Assembly: GCA_048885535.1 (NCBI GenBank)
Contig: JBHLLO010000005.1
Location: forward strand, 1-47,651
Reading direction: 5' to 3'
Length of the DNA: 47,651 bases
Source of the DNA: Candidatus Hermodarchaeota archaeon
Lineage (GTDB): Archaea; Asgardarchaeota; Lokiarchaeia; Sigyniarchaeales; SOKP01
A program made the position numbers and the translations under genes. The notes below the pieces were generated by a model. It searched no databases and had not been told where the DNA came from. It was given only the letters and a program-made list of their open reading frames with translations. Numbering within the stretch: the first letter of the stretch is position 1; each line of letters starts with the position of its first letter. Positions 9,380 to 18,069 of the stretch are shown one piece after another.

Positions 9380-10666
9380 CTATAATTCAGTCTTAAACTC
9401 TTCAGATAACGTTTTTAATTTTTCCTGAGCATAAATGAGAAGTTCTTTTACAGGAATTCCAGTTTCTACACTAATTTTCTTAAGGTCTTCATATTCAGGT
9501 TTTATGTTTACAATTTTCTTATACTCATCTGTCATGTAATAAGAAATCTTATAGGAAACATCATAGGTCTTTTCTTGAGCTTGTATTTTTGCTTTAATGA
9601 TTTCTCTATCTATACATACTCTTCTTATTGTGTTAAACCTTACCCCAAGAGTTCCTAATTCCTTTAATATTGTTTCTATTAATTCAAAACTGTTTTCAGG
9701 ATGACACAATACTTTAATGATATGACTTGGCCGATTCTTCTTAGTAATGCTTGGAATAATTTGAATGTCGAGAACTTGTTCATTTTCTAAGATTTTTACT
9801 AAATTTCCAAGCAACTCTCCAGAAACATCATCAACGTCTGTTTCTAAAACTGTTATATCCTCAAAATATTTTTTGAAGTGATTTTGAATAGTCTGACTTT
9901 TTATATCACCATAGAAAATTCGTAAAATATTTGAAAAATCTTTAAATTCCTTGGCACCAGTGCTATATGCAACCTTGTTAAGAGACATTGCATCAGAATA
10001 AATCAAATATTTAGGTTTTAAATTAACTAGCAGAGCCACACCTGTAGGTGTTGCTAATTCATTCTCTATAGGACCAGATTGGATTAACAAATCAGTATTT
10101 TCTAACATTTTAATTGTAGCTGGCGCTGGAATGGCTAACACTCCGTGAGCCGTTTTTATTGTTCCTGCTCCTAATGGTATTTTACTACAATAAACATTAA
10201 AATCCTCCTTAAAATACCCTAATTCATCTAAACTTTTAGTGACTCCTAAAATATCAACCAATGTATCCACTGAACTTAATTCGTGTAAATGGATATCACT
10301 TACTGAAGAATTATGAACTTCTGCTTCTACTTGAAGTAAAGTTTCTAGTACATTAAGAGCATATTTTTTTGCTAATTCAGAATACTCATTTTCGTTTAAG
10401 TATGTTTGTAATGAAGCTTTTAAGTTTTTGGCAGACCTCTCAGTTTTATTTTCTTCAATATCTATTTTAAGATGACTAACCATTATTCCAGTTCTTTTAA
10501 CTTTTTCAAGAACAAGTTCAAGCTTTTTTACTCCTTTAACATAGTTTTTTAACTGTTTTAATTGATTCAATACATCTATAGAGTTGGGTATCATGTCTAA
10601 CAAGGAAGCTAAAAACATATCTCCTGAAATTCCAGAATTAGACATATCAATATATAATGTTTTCAT
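9380..10666 (-). CDS. larC: Nickel insertion protein LarC (full length, single frame)
   Basis: SGISGDMFLASL, EAEVH...HLHE, TAHGVLAIPAPAT, ELATPTG, LETDVDD, KKNRP, TLGVR, KPEYED. Confidence 0.95.
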   Translation of the reverse strand: MKTLYIDMSNSGISGDMFLASLLDMIPNSIDVLNQLKQLKNYVKGVKKLELVLEKVKRTGIMVSHLKIDIEENKTERSAKNLKASLQTYLNENEYSELAKKYALNVLETLLQVEAEVHNSSVSDIHLHELSSVDTLVDILGVTKSLDELGYFKEDFNVYCSKIPLGAGTIKTAHGVLAIPAPATIKMLENTDLLIQSGPIENELATPTGVALLVNLKPKYLIYSDAMSLNKVAYSTGAKEFKDFSNILRIFYGDIKSQTIQNHFKKYFEDITVLETDVDDVSGELLGNLVKILENEQVLDIQIIPSITKKNRPSHIIKVLCHPENSFELIETILKELGTLGVRFNTIRRVCIDREIIKAKIQAQEKTYDVSYKISYYMTDEYKKIVNIKPEYEDLKKISVETGIPVKELLIYAQEKLKTLSEEFKTEL

Positions 10667-10827
10667 CTATTATTCACTTTTCACGAAATTAAATAATGTT
10701 TTCTTTAATAAGCATTGGGGTAAAATGCTAGTACTAAAAATAATAAATTCTAATTATTTTATGATAATTATTATAATTATTAAGAACTAATAATATTAAA
10801 TTAAACTAATAATTTTAGGACAATAGG

Positions 10828-11562
10828 ATGAGCGAACTTCAAACTATTAAATGCTATTTAAACCAATTACCCTCTACATTTTTAAAATTACTTGGGATTG
10901 AACCACCTCTCAGTATCATTCCAGAACCAGTAGATTCTATAATCGAAGCGTATCAAGGTATTGAAAGAATCAGTATTAATCTCATTGATAATTTTGGTTT
11001 ATTCGAACTTACTTTTCATAAGCCTGAATTTATGATTCGACAATCAGAAATGATGTTATTACTTTCCACTAAAAACCCCTATACATTAGGAGTATTACAT
11101 CAAATGTTTTATGGTGGTTTTGAAATTGAACCAAATGGTTTTCATTTACTCCGATATCTTAATGAAAATGGGAAAAAGTCTTGTTTTATTGGTAGGGAAA
11201 AAGATTTGAAAAGATATGATGGAGGTACTCATTCAATTGCAAAAGATACTGATATGGCAACATGGATCGAAAGTGCTAAAACAATTAATAATTATGACCT
11301 TTCTTGGATGCATTATCTCGATTTTGAAAATCTCCATAAACAACAGCAAGCTTTAAGGCAAAGAACACCAGAGGATTTAATCGACAAGTTAATTTTACGT
11401 ACTGATAAATGGATTTTAGGCAATTATAAGCAATTAAGACCAAATTCCTTAATGATCATCTTAGGAGATCATGGTCGGGTAAAGTTAGACCTTGAATATT
11501 CCGGTAAAATTGCTCAATGGCGTGAAGCGTCGGTCCCAATTGCGATTGTTATAAAGAAATAA
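10828..11562 (+). CDS. Alkaline-phosphatase-superfamily-like protein (compact, divergent)
   Basis: LIDNFG near the N-terminus and IILGDHG near the C-terminus match the AlkP core metal-ligand positions. Confidence 0.6.
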   Translation: MSELQTIKCYLNQLPSTFLKLLGIEPPLSIIPEPVDSIIEAYQGIERISINLIDNFGLFELTFHKPEFMIRQSEMMLLLSTKNPYTLGVLHQMFYGGFEIEPNGFHLLRYLNENGKKSCFIGREKDLKRYDGGTHSIAKDTDMATWIESAKTINNYDLSWMHYLDFENLHKQQQALRQRTPEDLIDKLILRTDKWILGNYKQLRPNSLMIILGDHGRVKLDLEYSGKIAQWREASVPIAIVIKK

Positions 11563-11585
11563 ACTCTTAATCTAATTATAATATT

Positions 11586-12146
11586 TTGGGAAATATGGAG
11601 GAATATAAACGATTTACGATCTCTCTTCCTAAAGATCTTTATGAAGAATTTGAAAGATTTAGAGAAAACATCAATATATCAAGATCTGATGCCATTAGGA
11701 AAGCAATGAAAGCCCTAATGGTCAGTGAAGAAAACCTTCCTGTATTATCAGGAAATGTTGTCGGGTGCATTTCTATTATAATGACACACAAGCATTTTGA
11801 ACAAAAGGATGCTCCTATTAGTACTACCAAAAAAAGTGATTTTATTAATCATGTTCATGAAATAGATCATGATGATTCTCATCACACCCATGATTTTGTA
11901 TCAAGACCTGTTTATTCAAGCATTCAACAAACAGATGAAATACTAAAGACTGATATTCAACACCACTTTCATGATATTATTATTTCAACTCTACACGTTC
12001 ACCTAGAATTTGAAAAATGTTTGGAAATTCTAGCTGTTTCAGGACCCTATCAACGAGTAAAAGATTTAAAGGATAATTTGCAAAGACTTAAAAGTGTACT
12101 CTCTGTTGGTTTCTTTATAGTCGATAGAGAATCAAAAAAAGAGTAA
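11586..12146 (+). CDS. nikR: Nickel-responsive regulator NikR with a His-rich insertion
   Basis: Ribbon-helix-helix RFTISLP...SRSDAIR; Ni site IQH...STLHVHL...CLE. The start is probably the ATG at 11595. Confidence 0.9.
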   Translation: MGNMEEYKRFTISLPKDLYEEFERFRENINISRSDAIRKAMKALMVSEENLPVLSGNVVGCISIIMTHKHFEQKDAPISTTKKSDFINHVHEIDHDDSHHTHDFVSRPVYSSIQQTDEILKTDIQHHFHDIIISTLHVHLEFEKCLEILAVSGPYQRVKDLKDNLQRLKSVLSVGFFIVDRESKKE

Positions 12147-12523
12147 CTTAATATATTTATATCTTTAAAGTTGAACGATCAAGATTTAAGGAAAAGGAGA
12201 GAAAGGAGAATAAAAAATTCTACTTAAGAAAAGGTAGGGTTAACGGATAAGGCGATTTTTTTGAGAATTTCTTATTCCCTAAGTTGTGTGTGTAATATAT
12301 CTAATTTATAAAAAAAATCATTTAAATGAAAATACAGTATCAAATTTTTGATTTTTAATTAGAATTAGACTTCGCTATACTTTATCTATAAGTAAGGTTT
12401 TTATATCTAACAATTATCATACATTGTGTAGAAATCTAAGAAAAAACCAAATTTATAGCTATTTAAATGATATAAAGGAAATTTTCTCATTTGTTTTCTT
12501 GTTATCATTGAGGTGTTAAAAAA

Positions 12524-13849
12524 ATGGATAGAACAAAAGTAAAAGTCTTAATACTTATCTTTGTAATGGGCCTTTCGATTTTTGCTTTTCCTGTAGGAGC
12601 TACAGCGTGTAAAAAACCTAAACAAAAATTAATGGCTGGAGCATCAGCACTACCAATAACCCCAATGACGGTTGACGGTATTCCTGTAAATCCAGATGAA
12701 TCTCCCGTCTTCCTTGCTGGATTTGGAGATCCGGGAGATCGTCCAGCAGCAGCAGTTCATGATGATATTTATGTCCGGAGTTTAATTTTGAATTATGGTG
12801 GAACATCGATAGTTCTAGTGGCGCTTGATTTAATTGGGTATCAAATCGATCTCGTTGATGAAATAAGGCAGGAAGTAGAGATTGAATACGGTATAAATGC
12901 AAATAACATTATTATTGCCTGTACTCACACTCACTCAGGACCTGATACCCTTGGACTTTGGACACCACCATTTCCTGTTCCTGGTGTTAATGGGGAATAT
13001 ATGGAATATATCGGGAACCAAATAGTAAATAGCATTGCTCAAGCATTTCAAAATATGGAGAAGGCAAGAATCAGATATGCTTCAACGACAGTCCCAGGGT
13101 TAATGAAAAATTCTCGTGATTCAGGGGTAGTATATCCAGATTTAGATATAATGAAGCTAGAGGATAGAAGAGGCAATACCATTTCTGTTATGATCAATTA
13201 CGCTGGTCACCCAGAGGTCCTTTGGTCAGATAATTTAGAAATAACATCTGACTATGTAGGTTATCTTCGGGATAAAGTCGAGGATGAACTTGGAGGAATT
13301 GCGATTTTCTTCAATGGAGCTTTAGGAGGTATGATAACTCCTGATGTAGAGGAACATACATTTGAAAAAGCTCAAGAAATAGGCTATGCACTTGCAGATG
13401 CCACTATTAGTGCCCTAAAACCTCACAGGTGGTTGAAAAAGGAACCTCCAAAAATTGAATTTAACGTGGAAAAACAGATCTTTTCAGTTCCCTTGGAAAA
13501 TATTCAATTTTATGGGGCAATGCAATATGGGATGTTACATCGAGGTGAACCTTGGTATGTCGATTCTCCTGGGTTAGGTGTTATAACAACTGAAGTTAAT
13601 GTAATCACTATTGGAAATGGTCAGATGATCACGATGCCAGGAGAAGTACTACCTAGTATAGGATTCCGCCTAAGGGAGGCAATGACTGCCAAATATAAAT
13701 TTCAGATAGGATTAGGTAATGATGAATTAGGTTATATAATTCCTGAGGATGAATGGGATGATACCCAATACGAGGAATCAATGTCAGTTGGGGTACAAAC
13801 AGGGATAATGATGGAAGCTATTCTTATGGCGATGTTAGAGGGAAGCTGA
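12524..13849 (+). CDS. Secreted neutral/alkaline ceramidase-family amidohydrolase
   Basis: Signal peptide; HDDIYVRSL, VALDL, ACTHTHSGP, NYAGHP, ITSDYVG, MPGE; SD-like GAGGTG upstream. Confidence 0.82.
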   Translation: MDRTKVKVLILIFVMGLSIFAFPVGATACKKPKQKLMAGASALPITPMTVDGIPVNPDESPVFLAGFGDPGDRPAAAVHDDIYVRSLILNYGGTSIVLVALDLIGYQIDLVDEIRQEVEIEYGINANNIIIACTHTHSGPDTLGLWTPPFPVPGVNGEYMEYIGNQIVNSIAQAFQNMEKARIRYASTTVPGLMKNSRDSGVVYPDLDIMKLEDRRGNTISVMINYAGHPEVLWSDNLEITSDYVGYLRDKVEDELGGIAIFFNGALGGMITPDVEEHTFEKAQEIGYALADATISALKPHRWLKKEPPKIEFNVEKQIFSVPLENIQFYGAMQYGMLHRGEPWYVDSPGLGVITTEVNVITIGNGQMITMPGEVLPSIGFRLREAMTAKYKFQIGLGNDELGYIIPEDEWDDTQYEESMSVGVQTGIMMEAILMAMLEGS

Positions 13850-13893
13850 GCAATTGAAGTAAAGGAGAATCATGAAAATTAAAATATTTAATC

Positions 13894-13907
13894 TTTTTTT
13901 TTTTTTT
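13894..13907 (+). terminator. Probable oligo-T terminator between convergent genes
   Basis: T14 run 45 nt after the ceramidase-family stop. Archaeal intrinsic terminators are T-tracts. Confidence 0.5.
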
Positions 13908-13975
13908 AAACTCTAATAAAATAAGATAGTAAAAAAAATTTAAATTTGAGTTTTTACCTATAGCATCAAATCGGT

Positions 13976-14173
13976 TTAAAGATCTCTTTCTTGAACAGTT
14001 TTTCTATTGTTTGCCTTAGCGCGTTCGACAGCCTTATTCAATAAGTCAAGTAAAATTGAGTTTAATTTATTCCCATCGAGAACTTCCGATGCTGTGTTAC
14101 AGCCCTTACCTTTGATATATTCCTTTACTTTGCTTTTAACGAAAAGAGTATCTTGTGCAGGTTTTTTAGCCAT
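13976..14173 (-). CDS. Short histone-fold protein (alpha3-truncated / face-to-face type)
   Basis: LFVKSKVKEYIK...NTASE...KAVERAKANNRKTVQERDL; RxTxxxxD motif with a truncated helix 3; SD-like GGAGG upstream. Confidence 0.9.
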   Translation of the reverse strand: MAKKPAQDTLFVKSKVKEYIKGKGCNTASEVLDGNKLNSILLDLLNKAVERAKANNRKTVQERDL

Positions 14174-14574
14174 TTTTTATTCCTCCTTTTATTATTTTAA
14201 AATGTTTTGAAAATAAATTTGTATTTAAAATATAATTCTCTTAGCTTATATTTAAACTTAGTTGAAAAACCATCATAGAAGGTTAATATTATCAGTCTAG
14301 CCTTACTTTTAAAAAATCAATCTTTTACGTGGTATACTATAAGATTTTGAATGTTTACAAATTTTTCAATAAAATAAGCCAATTTCTCTGATTTAAATAG
14401 GTTTAAAATAAGTTTATTTTAAAACTTTTAAAAAGAATGTGTAGAGTTAAAAGAAATCAATCAAAAAATGAAATAATAAGAGGTTATTTCATTAAACGGA
14501 TTCATTATTATATTTTCCAACATTTTTTAAGTTCAACATACTAAGCCTAAATTCTTTGAATAGGATAAATTAAG

Positions 14575-16377
14575 ATGAAAGTAATTTCTCTTAATGGGAA
14601 GTGGAAATGTAGACCCGATTTTAATGATATTGGAATAATAGAGGAGTGGACTAACCCTAAAAATTATGATGTAAATGATCCGGAATTATTAGACATAGAG
14701 ATTCCAAAAAGTTTTAATTTCTTGAAAGGTTTTGAGACTTTTGAGGGAATATTTTGGCATTTCTACCAATTTGAGTTTAATAATTCAGTAGACTTAAATA
14801 ATCATATTTATAAACTCAGAATTAAAGCAAGTAATTATAATACAAAAGTATGGTTAAATGGATGTTTTCTAGGAGAAAATGATGGAGGATTTCTTCCATT
14901 CTCTTTCAGAATTAAAGATTTAAACTTAAAAAAAGAAAATGTTTTAATAATTCGTACTGAAAATTTACGGAGAAAAGAAAGATTACCTTCTCTTCACTTC
15001 GATTGGTTTAATTGGGGTGGAATTTATCGTGACGTTGAATTATTGATTATACATAGAAGTAGAGTGGAAGATGTAAAAATTATAACTTCAATAATTTCAA
15101 AAAATAAGGCAAATGTAGAAATTCATTTTAAAGTACTTGGTAAATTTTCTTTAAATTGGCAAATATTGGATTCAGATCTCAAGACAGTTATACTTCAAGG
15201 AGAATGCTCTCAAGTTAATGGACCTCATAAAGTATATTTGGATTTGGATCATCCAAAATTATGGTCTCCAAGAAACCCGAATCTATATTATTTAAAAATA
15301 TTATCTAATCACCCTAAGGCAAATAATACTACATTATTTGAAACTTATTTCGGGATAAGGCAAATTAAAGTTAAGGGGATACATATTTATTTGAATAATA
15401 CTAGAATAAAGCTAAAAGGAGTAAGTCTACATGAAGAATATATGCCTTATGGAAGAACAATCCCCTACGAAAAACGAAAAGAAGACATACTAAATATCAA
15501 GGCGTTAGGTTTTAATGCTTTAAGAACCGCACACTATCCTCATGATGAAAGTCTAATAGAATTAGCAGATAAATTAGGAATTCTTATTTTGGAAGAAATC
15601 CCAGTTTATCAATATTGTGATTTTAAAAATGAAGAAACTTTCAGATTAGCTGTAAAAATGATATACAAGTTAATAAAAAGAGATTTTAATCATCCTAGTG
15701 TTATTTGGTGGAGTGTTGGAAATGAAATTCCTGTACATCGTTCAGATTGTGCAAGATTTATTAAGAAACTAATGGAATTTGCGCGAAGACTTGATGATAC
15801 AAGAATTATTACCTATGTTACTATGAAATTATCTCATGATTTTTTAAGACGATTCGCCGATGTTGCTACAATAAATACTTATTTTGGATGGTATTTTGGG
15901 AATGTAAAGTTAATTAGTCTTGTTCTTGACATCATGAGAACACCGATATTTAACAAACCTTGGATATACACTGAGTTTGGAGCAGGGGCAAAATATGGGT
16001 TTCATGCTGATTGGAAAAAACAGGTGAGATTTAGTGAAGAGAAACAACAATACGTTCTGGATTACACAATTAGAACCTTAAATTCAAAAAATTACATAGC
16101 AGGTTGGTTTATTTGGATATATAGAGATTTTCGCTCTCTTATTAGAACTTCAATATATCAAGAAGGTTATAATAGAAAAGGATTAGTTAGTGGCGAGAGA
16201 AATGAAAAGAAATTGATTTGTCGCCGATTTCCAGATTTAATCTATGATAAAAGAAAAATTATAGATACACAAATAATCGGAATTATAATTTGGCTTCTAT
16301 TTTTTCCTTTTATCTATTTCACGTTTAGACATATTGATAGTTTTATCCATAAATTATATACAACTAGGACGCTTTAA
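14575..16377 (+). CDS. GH2 glycoside hydrolase, beta-glucuronidase-like, with a C-terminal TM helix
   Basis: ISLNGKW, DWFNWGGIYRDV, GVSLHEE, LRTAHYP, WSVGNE (acid/base), TEFGAG (nucleophile), NRKG. Confidence 0.9.
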   Translation: MKVISLNGKWKCRPDFNDIGIIEEWTNPKNYDVNDPELLDIEIPKSFNFLKGFETFEGIFWHFYQFEFNNSVDLNNHIYKLRIKASNYNTKVWLNGCFLGENDGGFLPFSFRIKDLNLKKENVLIIRTENLRRKERLPSLHFDWFNWGGIYRDVELLIIHRSRVEDVKIITSIISKNKANVEIHFKVLGKFSLNWQILDSDLKTVILQGECSQVNGPHKVYLDLDHPKLWSPRNPNLYYLKILSNHPKANNTTLFETYFGIRQIKVKGIHIYLNNTRIKLKGVSLHEEYMPYGRTIPYEKRKEDILNIKALGFNALRTAHYPHDESLIELADKLGILILEEIPVYQYCDFKNEETFRLAVKMIYKLIKRDFNHPSVIWWSVGNEIPVHRSDCARFIKKLMEFARRLDDTRIITYVTMKLSHDFLRRFADVATINTYFGWYFGNVKLISLVLDIMRTPIFNKPWIYTEFGAGAKYGFHADWKKQVRFSEEKQQYVLDYTIRTLNSKNYIAGWFIWIYRDFRSLIRTSIYQEGYNRKGLVSGERNEKKLICRRFPDLIYDKRKIIDTQIIGIIIWLLFFPFIYFTFRHIDSFIHKLYTTRTL

Positions 16378-16456
16378 CCAGAACGACATTTTCTCCCGAG
16401 AAAATACTTTTTCCTAAAAGTTAGTGCTTTTTATATTTTGATACTAACATAGGGAT

Positions 16457-17266
16457 ATGTCAATACCGGAGAACTCTCCAGTTATCTCAAAAATAAAAAG
16501 ATCTTCTGAAATCTTAAGTATTCATAATTTACTTGTTTTCAATAGGTCAGGGATTTGTATCTATGGAATTAGCTTTACAGATGTTTTTAGATTAGAACAA
16601 GAACAATTGATATCTTCATATTTTACGGCTCTTATGTCGTTTACCAAAGAATTAATTGGAACTAAGATTAAGACCGTAGAAATGGGTGAAGGCGTAAAGC
16701 TTATTATTTTCGAGAAAGGAAATCTATTCTATGCCCTCTTGTGTGATATCGATGAAAACACAGTTCTGCTTGAAAAAATTGTTTCAAGGGTTAATTTAAT
16801 ATTCAGTAAATATGCCAAGAAGAATAATATTAAAACAGAGCTCGAATACATTTATGACGACCAATTAGATCAATCTATAAAAAGTATTATTAGAGAGATG
16901 TCAAGTAAAGAGTTTAATCTTGAAAAAGAAAACAAAGTGATAAAATATCTAAAAAATATCCAATCCAATGATGAAATAAGTGAAATAGTGTTTTTAACTG
17001 ATGGAGGTAAGATACTATATTCTTCTCCACGAAATAAGATATCATTGAGAAAAATTTTGAAAGAAATAGATTTTAGAATAAAAATATGCAACAATTCCAT
17101 TTTAAAAATGTTTTATACATCTAAGGATAATGAACTCATCTTTTCGGAATACTTCAATGAAAATTATTTAATTATGCTTGTATTTGAATCCAAAACCAAA
17201 TTTGGCGTAGCGGAGTTCTATCTATATAAGATTGTAAATAAAATAACAGAAATATTAAATGAATAG
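16457..17266 (+). CDS. Longin/roadblock-like two-domain protein
   Basis: LLVFNRSGICIY...LISSYFTALMSFTKEL longin-type pattern; the second unit IVFLTDGGKILYS has the same beta-beta-alpha start. Confidence 0.65.
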   Translation: MSIPENSPVISKIKRSSEILSIHNLLVFNRSGICIYGISFTDVFRLEQEQLISSYFTALMSFTKELIGTKIKTVEMGEGVKLIIFEKGNLFYALLCDIDENTVLLEKIVSRVNLIFSKYAKKNNIKTELEYIYDDQLDQSIKSIIREMSSKEFNLEKENKVIKYLKNIQSNDEISEIVFLTDGGKILYSSPRNKISLRKILKEIDFRIKICNNSILKMFYTSKDNELIFSEYFNENYLIMLVFESKTKFGVAEFYLYKIVNKITEILNE

Positions 17267-17400
17267 TATATTTTCAATGATACTCTTCTTTTGTTAGAAT
17301 CTGGCTTTTTTCTATTAATTTATGAATTATAACAATGAAATTAAAATTATATCTGAGCTAGACTTAAAATTATATAAACAAAATCATTAAGAGATATAAT

Positions 17401-17901
17401 ATGACAAAAACAGAAGAAGGCTTGAAAGAGGCTTTTGCGGGTGAATCTCAAGCAAATAGGAAATATTTAGCATTCGCAAAAAAGGCAGAACAGGAAGGTT
17501 ATCCTGGCGTAGCTCTTTTATTTAAAGCTGCTGCCGCTGCTGAAACAGTTCATGCTCACAATCACTTAAGAGCGCTTGGTGGTATTAAATCTACAATAGA
17601 AAACTTAAAAGAAGCCATTGGTGGTGAATTTTATGAGTTTACAAAGATGTATCCTGAATTCATTGATGCTGCTAAAAGTGAAGAAATTAAAGATGCTGAA
17701 AGATCTTTTAATTATGCTAATGAAGTAGAAAAAGTACATCATAAATTATATGAAAAAGCATTAGAATTAGTTGAAGCAGGAAAAGATCTTAACGTGGATG
17801 AGATGTATGTGTGTTCTGTGTGTGGTTATACGCACGAAGGTTCTCCCCCCGAAAAATGTCCTGTATGTGGAGCTGCGAAAAAGGCTTTCCAAAAAGTATA
17901 A
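17401..17901 (+). CDS. rbr: Rubrerythrin
   Basis: AFAGESQANRKY, ETVHA, EKVH; C-terminal CSVCGY...CPVCG rubredoxin domain. Confidence 0.96.
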   Translation: MTKTEEGLKEAFAGESQANRKYLAFAKKAEQEGYPGVALLFKAAAAAETVHAHNHLRALGGIKSTIENLKEAIGGEFYEFTKMYPEFIDAAKSEEIKDAERSFNYANEVEKVHHKLYEKALELVEAGKDLNVDEMYVCSVCGYTHEGSPPEKCPVCGAAKKAFQKV

Positions 17902-17920
17902 TTTTTTTTTAATTTTTTTT
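17902..17920 (+). terminator. Probable oligo-T terminator
   Basis: Two T-runs immediately after the rubrerythrin stop codon. Confidence 0.5.
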
Positions 17921-18069
17921 CCACATCAGAAGGAAGTGTTGTGGGGAAAATATGATATTTCTATATATAAGGATATAGCTTAGTAATTTCAAACCTAATA
18001 GGTTTATATACAAAAAAGGATAGTTATTCCATATTCATTTATTTTACAAAATAGAGGTGTGAAATTATT

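Noticed and set aside
10667-10827. NikR operator in the larC divergent spacer (e.g. agcatt-N7-aatgct and AT palindromes)
   Set aside because: No match to the GTATGA-N16-TCATAC-type spacing; short inverted repeats are expected by chance at this AT content.
12147-12523. Purine-rich 377-nt spacer as an ncRNA or small ORF
   Set aside because: I found no convincing stem structure, box motifs or coding frame.
13872-13916. AAGGAG + ATG mini-ORF MKIKIFNLFFFFKL resembling a Phe leader peptide
   Set aside because: The Phe codons are just the T14 terminator tract, and there is no downstream same-strand gene to attenuate.
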